Positions 44,067 through 52,300 are shown, counted from the stretch's first letter. The stretch: 64,000 nt of DNA from Chitinophagales bacterium (GCA_046329865.1 JAXLTW010000001.1:129494-193493); one strand, 5' to 3'. Notes: generated from the letters alone by a model not told the origin. Numbers and translations are program-made.

Positions 44067-44097
44067 AAGCCTGTCCATTAACGACAGGCTTTTTTTG
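44067..44097 (+). terminator. intrinsic terminator / candidate attenuator upstream of the sulfite reductase gene
   Basis: AAGCCTGTC-cattaac-GACAGGCTT is a 9-bp stem followed by a T7 run. The 5' arm CCTGTCC can pair alternatively with GGATAGG (44039-44045). Confidence 0.8.
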
Positions 44098-44101
44098 TGA
44101 A

Positions 44102-44183
44102 TGTCATTTCGAGCGTAGCGAGAAATCTTGTTTTGAAGAAACACTTAAATGTAGCAAGACTCCTCACTTCTTTCGGAATAGCA
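44102..44183. repeat. palindromic element of the GTCATTTCGA...GAGAAATC family in the sulfite-reductase 5' leader
   Basis: The arm TGTCATTTCGAGCGTAGCGAGAAATC (44102-44127) has an inverted degenerate partner at 44158-44183 (reverse complement TGCTATTCCGAAAGAAGTGAGGAGTC). Confidence 0.7.
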
Positions 44184-44195
44184 AAAAGAAAAACT

Positions 44196-46319
44196 ATGAG
44201 CATCATCATTACTAAAAACATTTCACCGGAAGCAGCCAGGGATATCTTTGAGTTGCAGCAAAAAATCAATGCCTTTCAAAACGGCGAAATGCCCGAAGAC
44301 AAATTCAAAGCTTTCCGGCTCACCCGTGGTGTGTACGGGCAGCGGCAGCTGGGTGTCCAGATGTTCCGCACCAAATTTCCATTTGGAAAAATCACCCCAA
44401 AACAATTGGTGCGGGTGGCAGAATTGTCTGAACAATATGCCAGCAGCAACCTGCACTTAACTACCCGACAAAATATACAATTGCACTATGTGAAAGTAAC
44501 CGATGCACCGGCCATCTGGGCGGGTCTGGAAGACGTGGGTGCTACCGGCCGCGAAGCCTGCGGCAACACCGTTCGCAATATCACCGCCTCCTCCAGGGCA
44601 GGTATCGATCCGGATGAACCGTTTGATGTGGCACCATATGCCCGTGCCGCTTTCGAGTTTTTCCTGCGCAATCCGATTTGTCAGGATATGGGACGAAAAG
44701 TAAAGATTGCTTTTTCCTCTTCCGATAAAGACTCCGCCTATACTTTTCTCCACGATTTTGGTTTCATCCCGCGCATAGCAGACGACGAATGTGGTTTCAA
44801 AGTGGTCGTGGGCGGCGGACTGGGAGCACAGGCCATCCTGGCGCAGACCGCCTATGAATTTTTACACGAAGACCATGTGATTCCGTTTATGGAGGCCGCC
44901 TTGCGGGTATTTGACCGCTATGGGGAGCGCACCCGCCGTCATAAAGCCCGTATGAAATACCTGATTAAAGATATGGGCTTAGATAAATTTATGGAGCTCG
45001 TGGAAAAAGAACGCATCGCTAATAAAGTGAAGGAGTTCCGGGTGGATACCTCCTGTGTTGCGGATGGAGCACCCACTCACAACCACATTGCACCGCAGGT
45101 TGAAATTAAAAACCGGAAACGATATGAAGACTGGTTGAAGACGAATGTATTCGAACAAAAACAAGCCGGCTATTTTGCCGTAGCATTAAAAGTAACTAAA
45201 GGCGATATCAAACCCGATCAGGCACGCAAAATTGCGGAGATGGCGGAAAACTATGCTTCTGAAGATATGCGTATTACCATGAATCAGGGGTTATTGCTCA
45301 AATTTGTTCGAGAAGGCTCCTTGCCTTATCTCTTTCACGAATTGGACTTGATGGGGTTTGCGCATCCCGGATTTGATACGATTGCAGACGTAACCACCTG
45401 CCCGGGCACAGACACCTGCAACCTTGGTGTTACCAATAGCATGACTTTGGGCAAAGTGCTGGAAGAGGTAATTCAGGATGAATTCTACCATCTGATTTTC
45501 GACTCTGAAATTAAAATTAAAATCAGCGGCTGCATGAACTCCTGCGGACAACATATGGCAGCAAATATCGGACTGCACGGCAGCTCCATCAAAGTGGGCG
45601 AACTGGTAGCGCCCGCTATGCAGGTGGTGTTAGGCGGTGGCGTGGATATAAACGGGGTTGGCTCGGTGGGCGATAAAATCGTAAAACTACCGACAAAGAG
45701 AACTCCTGAAATGTTGCGTCTGATATTGAATGATTATGAGACCAACGGCAGCGAAGGTGAATATTTTAACGACTATTACCGCCGTCAGGGCAAGAACTAT
45801 TTTTATACGCTTTTAAAACCGCTGGCGAACGCAGATTTATATACCGATGATGATTTCATCGACTATGATGGCGTCGAACATTTCACACCTGAAATTGGGG
45901 TGGGCGAGTGCGCCGGTGTGATGTACGATATGGTAGGTCATATCATCAAAGATGCAGAAAACAAACACCTCGAGGCGACAGAACATCTGAAAATAAATAA
46001 ATATCCGGAAGCGATTTATTACGCCTACACCGGTTTTGTGATTGCGGCAAAAGCATTGCTGCTGAGTAAAGAGGTGGAATGCAATACACAGATTAAAATC
46101 TTAAAGGACTTTGATACGCATTTCGTACAGTCGGGAGCATTTATTATCGAAGGGGGTTTTGAAAATCTGGTACTAACCATCAATCAATACGAGCCGGAGA
46201 AAGAATTTGCAGAAAGTTATGTAACACATTTTCATCTGTTCCTGAAGAATGTGATTTCTTACAGAGAACAAAAAATGGGCGGTGACAAGCTGGTCATAGA
46301 AAGCAATTATAAAGCATAA
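44196..46319 (+). CDS. assimilatory sulfite (nitrite/sulfite) reductase hemoprotein, siroheme/4Fe-4S type, with an extra helical C-terminal domain
   Basis: 707 aa counted from ATG 44196 (MSIIITKN). Carries TTRQNIQLH, the cluster cysteines TTCPGTDTCNLG and SGCMNSCGQH, and two NirA/Sir half-domains. The last ~130 aa lie beyond the canonical core. Confidence 0.85.
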   Translation: MSIIITKNISPEAARDIFELQQKINAFQNGEMPEDKFKAFRLTRGVYGQRQLGVQMFRTKFPFGKITPKQLVRVAELSEQYASSNLHLTTRQNIQLHYVKVTDAPAIWAGLEDVGATGREACGNTVRNITASSRAGIDPDEPFDVAPYARAAFEFFLRNPICQDMGRKVKIAFSSSDKDSAYTFLHDFGFIPRIADDECGFKVVVGGGLGAQAILAQTAYEFLHEDHVIPFMEAALRVFDRYGERTRRHKARMKYLIKDMGLDKFMELVEKERIANKVKEFRVDTSCVADGAPTHNHIAPQVEIKNRKRYEDWLKTNVFEQKQAGYFAVALKVTKGDIKPDQARKIAEMAENYASEDMRITMNQGLLLKFVREGSLPYLFHELDLMGFAHPGFDTIADVTTCPGTDTCNLGVTNSMTLGKVLEEVIQDEFYHLIFDSEIKIKISGCMNSCGQHMAANIGLHGSSIKVGELVAPAMQVVLGGGVDINGVGSVGDKIVKLPTKRTPEMLRLILNDYETNGSEGEYFNDYYRRQGKNYFYTLLKPLANADLYTDDDFIDYDGVEHFTPEIGVGECAGVMYDMVGHIIKDAENKHLEATEHLKINKYPEAIYYAYTGFVIAAKALLLSKEVECNTQIKILKDFDTHFVQSGAFIIEGGFENLVLTINQYEPEKEFAESYVTHFHLFLKNVISYREQKMGGDKLVIESNYKA

Positions 46320-46320
46320 T

Positions 46321-47052
46321 ATGCCACAACCCAAACTCATACTCGTTGGTGCCGGGCCGGGCGATCCGGAACTCATCTCGCTGAAAGGCATCAAAGCCCT
46401 GCAGCAGGCAGATGTAGTAATGTATGATGCCCTGGTGAGTGAAGCGTTGCTGCAACATGCGCCGGATGCCCTTAAAGTATTTTGCGGCAAACGCGCCGGC
46501 TCCCACTATATGAAGCAGGACGAAATCAATCAGTTGATGGTAGAACATGCGCATCAATATGGTTGTGTGGTGCGCCTTAAAGGAGGAGATCCCTTCATCT
46601 TTGGACGCGGACAGGAAGAGGTCGATTACGCTGCACAACACAACATAGCGGTGGAGGTTATCCCCGGCATTTCGAGTGCTACCGCTCTGGCTACATCTCG
46701 TAACATCCCGCTGACCAAACGCGGCATCACGGAAAGCGTGTGGGTGACTACCGGCACCACGTCCTGCGGAGAACTTTCCGGCGATATAGAATTGGCCGCC
46801 CAATCTTCCGCTACCGTGGTGATCCTGATGGGAATCGGTAAGCTGACAGAAATTATTGAAGTATTTAGGCAACACAAGCCGGACACTTATCCGCTCGCCA
46901 TTATTCAAAACGGCACCCTGCCTGATGAAAAAATCATCTGTGGCACCCTGTCTGATATCGGACAAAAAGCACAGGAAAATGCCGTTTCCGCTCCTGCTGT
47001 CATTATCATTGGCGAAGTCGTGGATTGCTCCCGCTTACATACATTACACTGA
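46321..47052 (+). CDS. cobA: uroporphyrinogen-III C-methyltransferase
   Basis: 243 aa. Carries LVGAGPGDPELISLKG and VVRLKGGDPFIFGRG. Starts 1 nt after the reductase stop. Confidence 0.9.
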   Translation: MPQPKLILVGAGPGDPELISLKGIKALQQADVVMYDALVSEALLQHAPDALKVFCGKRAGSHYMKQDEINQLMVEHAHQYGCVVRLKGGDPFIFGRGQEEVDYAAQHNIAVEVIPGISSATALATSRNIPLTKRGITESVWVTTGTTSCGELSGDIELAAQSSATVVILMGIGKLTEIIEVFRQHKPDTYPLAIIQNGTLPDEKIICGTLSDIGQKAQENAVSAPAVIIIGEVVDCSRLHTLH

Positions 47053-47093
47053 AAGATTTGCTGTATCTTTATTATACCCTTTAACCGGAAAAT

Positions 47094-47684
47094 GTGAACA
47101 CGCTTTATCCCATATTTCTCAAAACCGAAAACTTGTCTATTCTGATCGTTGGAGGCGGAATGGTGGGTACGGAAAAACTGTCGTTCATTTTAAAAAATTC
47201 TCCGGAAGCGGTTATTACGGTTGTGGCAAAAGAAATTAGTAACGAGATCCGGTCGACCGTCGACCGTCGACCGTCAACCGTTTTGATAGAGAAAGCATTT
47301 GAACCATCCGATCTGAAAAACAAACAACTTGTCATTGCAGCAACCGCAGATAAAGAGTTGAATAAAGAAATTTACCTTGCAGCAAAAGAGAGGCAAATTT
47401 TAATCAATGTAGCGGACACTCCGGAGTAATGCGATTTTTATTTGGGAAGTATTGTCACCAAAGGTGATTTGAAAATCGCCATTTCTACTAATGGAAAATC
47501 TCCGACACTGAGCAAACGGCTGCGAGAATTTTTTGAAGCTATTTTACCCGACAATATCAATGACCTTATCCTGAACCTGAATACCTATAGAGAAACCTTG
47601 AAAGGAAATTTTGAAGAAAAAGTGGAGCAACTGAATGCACTTACCGCTTCTTTCCTCAAGAAAGATGCCCACAAAAACGATTAA
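47094..47684 (+). pseudogene. precorrin-2 dehydrogenase/sirohydrochlorin ferrochelatase (SirC/Met8-like), interrupted by an in-frame TAA
   Basis: ORFs 47094-47429 and 47442-47684 are in the same frame. The read-through sequence LINVADTPE*CDFYLGSIVTKGDLKIAISTNGKSP matches the conserved NVADTPxLCDFY...ISTNGKSP block, with TAA (47427-47429) where Leu (TTA) is expected. Rossmann motif IVGGGMVG at the N-terminus. Confidence 0.75.
47252..47279. repeat. heptanucleotide tandem repeat (GTCGACC)x3 + GTCAACC inside the sirC-like gene
   Basis: Read directly. It encodes STVDRRPSTV. The unit length is not a multiple of 3. Confidence 0.9.
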
Positions 47685-49057
47685 TACTTTTTAAATCTGC
47701 GTAGCAGAAAAGTATATCCCACACCGGACAGCAGCATATAAAATGGCATGAACGGCAATCGAAACCTCGGCGTATAAAAAATACCGGACAAGCCAGCGAA
47801 ATAAGCGATGATGAGCAGAATAAACAGACACACCATCCATTGCCGCTGCATAAAAACCAATTCTATAATACCCAAAAGCGCAGTAAAATAAACAACTCCC
47901 AGAAACAGCAATACAAAAATACCGACTACAATTTCTTTGGCAGATTTGGAATTGAAATATTTTTCAGCCAGCTGGAAAATACTTCCTGAATATTTTTCGG
48001 TATCGCTCCAGCGTTTGACCGGTATGTGCAAACGCTGCAGGATTACTTCACTGCCCATATTGAGATGAAGCTTGACGGTGCCGGACAAATGCGCTTTTAC
48101 AGCAGCGAAGAAATGTGTTTTCAGGTATTTTTTCGCCACTTGATTATAGACATCAGACTTCTCAAAAGTAAGTTGATGCAATCGTTCTTCCATATTTTCC
48201 GGCATTTCAGGTTTTAACTTTTCCGGTGCTGCTTCTTTGGAAATTTGTACAAACTCATTACAAACCTGTTCATAGGTTTTCTTCGCCAGGTTGACCTCTG
48301 TAAATGCGGCGTTGTAAAACAATAAATTATAACCGTTAATCGAACTTAATTCAAAATGTTGATACAGCTTATAATTCCGGTACATCCAGGGAATGATGGT
48401 AAGATATGCCAGCACCACCAGAATCGCTGCCTGTTTCAGGCGTTGTACCGGATTTGATTTTGGCCATACTAATAAAAAACCACCTAAGACAGCCGGCAGG
48501 TAAATAGCAATGGGTCTTGTCAGTATCAATATACCGGACAGTATTCCACAGAGAATAAATAAGTAAATTTTATTTTCCTGCATCGCCTTAATCAACAACA
48601 GCACACTGAGCAACAGGATAAACACGAACAAAATATCAGTATACAGATACGTTGAAAAAATAACCTGCTGCGGATCAAAGGCAAACAAGAACAGTGCGGC
48701 ATATCCGACAACGGTATTAGGAAATAACCGTTGACAAATCCTAAACAATAAAAACCCGCTGGCGGTATTCAAAAAAACCTGCACCAATAGAACTACCCAC
48801 GGTTTCGCGCCGAATAGGGCATAGAAAAAGGCGGCAAAGGCAGGATAGATAGGCGTTCTGAAAGTATCTCCGCAAAAAGAAAAGTCGAAAGCCAGGCATT
48901 TTGCCAGTATATTGTAACCAATCGCATCATAGATAAATACATCCTTTTGCAACACCTCTTCTCTCCAGGGCTGAAAAATCATAAACACCGTCAGTCGCAA
49001 CAAGAATGTCAGCAGCAGCAATCCGATCAATTTCTTATCTTTTAAATATGCGCTCAT
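47681..49057 (-). CDS. GT-C fold membrane glycosyltransferase (family 39/ArnT-PMT-like)
   Basis: 458 aa with about 11 TM segments. The N-terminal loop (DAIGYN) and overall topology are typical of GT39/83-type enzymes. Its stop overlaps the sirC-like stop in convergent orientation. Confidence 0.6.
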   Translation of the reverse strand: MSAYLKDKKLIGLLLLTFLLRLTVFMIFQPWREEVLQKDVFIYDAIGYNILAKCLAFDFSFCGDTFRTPIYPAFAAFFYALFGAKPWVVLLVQVFLNTASGFLLFRICQRLFPNTVVGYAALFLFAFDPQQVIFSTYLYTDILFVFILLLSVLLLIKAMQENKIYLFILCGILSGILILTRPIAIYLPAVLGGFLLVWPKSNPVQRLKQAAILVVLAYLTIIPWMYRNYKLYQHFELSSINGYNLLFYNAAFTEVNLAKKTYEQVCNEFVQISKEAAPEKLKPEMPENMEERLHQLTFEKSDVYNQVAKKYLKTHFFAAVKAHLSGTVKLHLNMGSEVILQRLHIPVKRWSDTEKYSGSIFQLAEKYFNSKSAKEIVVGIFVLLFLGVVYFTALLGIIELVFMQRQWMVCLFILLIIAYFAGLSGIFYTPRFRLPFMPFYMLLSGVGYTFLLRRFKKY

Positions 49058-49066
49058 AAAGTAAGG

Positions 49067-49816
49067 ATGGATAAAGATAAACTTTTTGTAAACGGATTTT
49101 ATTTATTATCTTTCTTTAAAATTATACAGGTGCAAACGGTACAACTTCCTTTATTAAACAGAACACTGGACGCTTATTATTATGAAGCGGAGAGTGGTGA
49201 AAAACGCCCCGGCATTCTTTTCCTGCCGGATCTGACCGGTGTTCAGAAAACAACACACCGCAGCGCAGAAATCCTATGTCAGGAAGGCAACTACAACGTC
49301 TTGATACCAAATCTATACAGCGGAGGTACGACGCTGCGCAAGTATTGTGTGCAATTTCTGATGAATGAACTGGTGCGAAACAATGAGCCGACCGGCAATG
49401 CACCCCTGGCTGAATTTTTTGAAATATTAGACCAGTTTAAAGAATTTGAAAATGTGGACGAAAATAACATCGGTGTTGTCGGGCAATGCCTGACCGGTGG
49501 ATTTGTGTTGCATGCAGCGATACGCCCTGAGGTAAAGGCACCCGTAGTATTCCACCACTCGTTCGGACTAAAGGGCAGCGGCATCCCAAAGAGCTGTTCT
49601 TCTCTCATTCATCATAAAGTGCAGGGGCATTTTTCATACGTGGACCCTATGTGTCCGGTTTGGAGGGTAAAAGAACTGGAAAAAGAATTGAGTGGCAATT
49701 TGGAACCGCACTGGTATGCATTACCACACGGTATTCCGCATTTATTCTTTAATAATGAACAAGGCAAACGCGCCTTTGAAAGGATGAGCGATTTCTTTCA
49801 GGAACAGTTGCAGTAA
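49067..49816 (+). CDS. dienelactone hydrolase family protein
   Basis: 249 aa as drawn. DLH-like LDAYYYEAESGEKRPGILFLPDLTGV and nucleophile region GVVGQCLTGG. The true start may be GTG 49130, which lies 14 nt after a TATCTTTC box. Confidence 0.65.
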   Translation: MDKDKLFVNGFYLLSFFKIIQVQTVQLPLLNRTLDAYYYEAESGEKRPGILFLPDLTGVQKTTHRSAEILCQEGNYNVLIPNLYSGGTTLRKYCVQFLMNELVRNNEPTGNAPLAEFFEILDQFKEFENVDENNIGVVGQCLTGGFVLHAAIRPEVKAPVVFHHSFGLKGSGIPKSCSSLIHHKVQGHFSYVDPMCPVWRVKELEKELSGNLEPHWYALPHGIPHLFFNNEQGKRAFERMSDFFQEQLQ

Positions 49817-49835
49817 CTACTGCGTCTGCAGTAAT

Positions 49836-49867
49836 AAAAAAGCGCCTTCCGTTCGGAAGGCGCTTTC
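49836..49867 (-). terminator. intrinsic terminator (glutamine synthetase gene; possibly bidirectional)
   Basis: AAAGCGCCTTCC-gttc-GGAAGGCGCTTT is a 12-bp stem. On the minus strand it is followed by a T-run. Confidence 0.8.
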
Positions 49868-49887
49868 ACTTATTCATCTCATGGTTT

Positions 49888-50910
49888 TTAGACGTTCGCA
49901 GTTTTCACTGTTTTGACTATACGTGCCGCTACCTTGTATGGATCAGCTGCAGAGTTTGGTCTGCGGTCTTCCAACCAGCCTTTCCAGCCTCTGTCAACTG
50001 TTGCAATCGGAATTCGGATAGATGCCCCTCTGTCAGAAACACCAAACGAAAATTTATCGATGGATTGTGTTTCGTGTTTACCGGTCAATCGCATGTGGTT
50101 ATCTGCACCGTATACTTCGATATGTTCTTTTACATAGGGAGCAAACGCGTTGCAAATCGTTTCGTAGGTCTCTTTACTGCCGCATGTTCTGAGTACGGAG
50201 TTGGAGAAGTTTGCATGCATTCCGGAGCCGTTCCAGTCGGTAGCGCCCAGTGGTTTGCAGTGCCAGTTGATTCCATAACCATACTTCTCTGCCACACGCT
50301 CCATCAGATAACGGGCAATCCACGTTTGGTCACCGGCAGCTTTCGCACCTTTAGAGAATACCTGAAATTCCCACTGACCAATTGCCACTTCCGCATTGAT
50401 TCCTTCCACATTTAAACCCGCTTCTAAGCACAAATCCAAATGCTCTTCTACCATATAACGTCCTACCGCTTTACCTCCGCCAACAGAGCAATAGTACGGA
50501 CCTTGAGGGCCGGGTTCTCCGCTTGGTGTAAAATCAGACCACCCGATAGGTTTATCTTTTTTCAAATCCCATATAAAATATTCCTGTTCAAAGCCAAACC
50601 AGAAATCATTGTCATCATCTTCAATGGTGGCACGACCATTGGACTCATGCGGTGTGCCGTCCGGAGACAATACTTCGCACATGACCAGGTAACCGAATTT
50701 TCTGGCCGGATCCGGACAAATGAAAACCGGCTTTAATAAACAGTCGGAAGAACCACCCGGAGCCTGTTCGGTAGAAGAACCATCAAAACACCAGGTTGGA
50801 CAATCTTCCAGTTTTCCGGTGAAATCTCTCTCAATTCTTGTTTTGCTTCTGAGGCTTTGAGTCGGTTTGTAACCGTCTAACCAAATGTACTCTAATTTAG
50901 CGTATGACAT
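49888..50910 (-). CDS. glutamine synthetase, type II (eukaryote-like, ~340 aa)
   Basis: 340 aa. The N-terminus KLEYIWLDG, plus FGFEQEYF, NAEVAIGQWEFQ and GSGMHANFS, are typical of GSII. Confidence 0.85.
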   Translation of the reverse strand: MSYAKLEYIWLDGYKPTQSLRSKTRIERDFTGKLEDCPTWCFDGSSTEQAPGGSSDCLLKPVFICPDPARKFGYLVMCEVLSPDGTPHESNGRATIEDDDNDFWFGFEQEYFIWDLKKDKPIGWSDFTPSGEPGPQGPYYCSVGGGKAVGRYMVEEHLDLCLEAGLNVEGINAEVAIGQWEFQVFSKGAKAAGDQTWIARYLMERVAEKYGYGINWHCKPLGATDWNGSGMHANFSNSVLRTCGSKETYETICNAFAPYVKEHIEVYGADNHMRLTGKHETQSIDKFSFGVSDRGASIRIPIATVDRGWKGWLEDRRPNSAADPYKVAARIVKTVKTANV

Positions 50911-51125
50911 CTTATAATTTTTAAAATGTGAATAATTTATTCTCTCTATATCACAAATATGACAAAAAGCATAAAATTTACAACTTTTATGTTGGTTAAA
51001 TTAATTTTAAGAATAACTCTCCTCTAAATCAGATAATTTAACAATCCGGCATTCCGGTTGTTATCTTATGTCAAAGGAGTAAAAATATTGGTATCTTTCC
51101 ACTATATTCAACGGTAATTTATAGC

Positions 51126-51908
51126 ATGGCGGAAGAAAAACGCAGGATAGAAATTTGCATCATTTCAGACATACATCTGGGAACCAGGGCTTGCCATGCC
51201 GCCGAACTGAACCGCTATTTAAAGAGTATAGACCCCACCATTTTAATTATCAATGGGGACTGGCTGGATATCTGGAATTTCAGCGCCGGTTATTTTCCTC
51301 AGGAACACATCGAAAATATATTCCTGATACTGGATTTTGCACGGCAGGGCACACCGGTATATTATGTAACGGGCAATCACGATGACCACATGCGTAATTT
51401 TTCCGGGTATAAGTTCGACACACTGCAACTGAGAGATGAGATTATACTGGAAATAGACGGAAAGAAACACTGGATTTTTCACGGCGACAAATATGACCTG
51501 TCGGTGGGTGGCAGTGCGCGCTGGCTGGCGAAGCTGGGTGGCAGAACCTACGACGCCATCTGGCAGGTGAACCGTTTTGTGAATAATGTCCGCATGCAAT
51601 ATGGCAAGGATAAAATTTTTATTTCCAAGTATATCAAAGACAAGGTAAAATCCATTGTCAAAAGCAACGTACAGGATTTTGAAGATGTGGCAATAGAAAT
51701 CGGCATCGAACAGGGTTATGACTATATCATTTGCGGGCATATACATAAACCACAGATTCGGGAAGTATCCATGGCGGGAGGATCTGCCGTTTATCTCAAC
51801 AGCGGCGACTGGGTGGAAAACCTCACCGCGCTGGAGTATAATAACGGCGAATGGGATTTATTTTATTATCAGCACGACTTACAATATAAAGACATCGACA
51901 GAAGATAA
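51126..51908 (+). CDS. LpxH-like metallophosphoesterase (UDP-2,3-diacylglucosamine diphosphatase family)
   Basis: 260 aa. Calcineurin-like motifs ISDIHLG, NGDWLDIW, GNHD and CGHIHKP. Confidence 0.75.
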   Translation: MAEEKRRIEICIISDIHLGTRACHAAELNRYLKSIDPTILIINGDWLDIWNFSAGYFPQEHIENIFLILDFARQGTPVYYVTGNHDDHMRNFSGYKFDTLQLRDEIILEIDGKKHWIFHGDKYDLSVGGSARWLAKLGGRTYDAIWQVNRFVNNVRMQYGKDKIFISKYIKDKVKSIVKSNVQDFEDVAIEIGIEQGYDYIICGHIHKPQIREVSMAGGSAVYLNSGDWVENLTALEYNNGEWDLFYYQHDLQYKDIDRR

Positions 51909-52300
51909 AACATGGATTAATCCTCCAATATCCAGCTGATAAACTATCTATTATCCACATTTCAACAATGTTCAAATCCTGATTTAGTTGAATCAAATGG
52001 TTGACAATTAATTTGAATTGATCTAAATTGAATAGGAAACCAAATAAAACATTTATGAAAAAAGATGTACATATCATTAAAGAAGTACAGGCGTTCCAGT
52101 ATTTTTTGATTTTGCTGATGATTCTATTGTTGGGAATCATCTCCAAATGAGTTTGGGCGTTTTACCTGTAGATTTTGCTTCCTTGCCATAATTTAATTAA
52201 GGAAGTTGCAGTTTTACGGAACTTTTCCATTGGATTTATTATTATTTTTACCGCGCTGAACGTAAATACACGTTGAGCGTTAAATTATCTGTTTTTATAT

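Noticed and set aside
44097-44195. N-terminal extension of the sulfite reductase ORF (track start 44097). Similar extensions at 5815 (ybeY), 58082 (DUF2400), 37771 (OMP), 42466 (SDR) and 60968 (small ORF)
   Set aside because: The extensions run through terminators or repeat elements or overlap the neighbouring gene, use non-ATG starts, and the conserved protein begins at an internal ATG.
50970-50991. CATAAAA-N8-TTTTATG palindrome upstream of the glutamine synthetase gene (also GATAAAT-N7-ATTTATC at 40671-40691)
   Set aside because: These are 7-bp A/T-only inverted repeats in very AT-rich DNA, so chance occurrence is plausible. They do not match nitrogen-regulator consensus sites that I know (GTA-N8-TAC, TGTNA-N7-TNACA).
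51823-52146. 107-aa minus-strand ORF in the LpxH/TerC gap
   Set aside because: It overlaps the 3' end of the LpxH-like gene by ~85 nt, and its Ile/Asn/Phe-rich composition is typical of AT-rich non-coding DNA.
51909-52300. Possible yybP-ykoY (manganese) riboswitch upstream of the TerC-family gene
   Set aside because: TerC genes often carry this riboswitch. However, I could not find the conserved GGGGAGUAG or AGAGAGAC-type blocks anywhere in the 392-nt leader on the plus strand.
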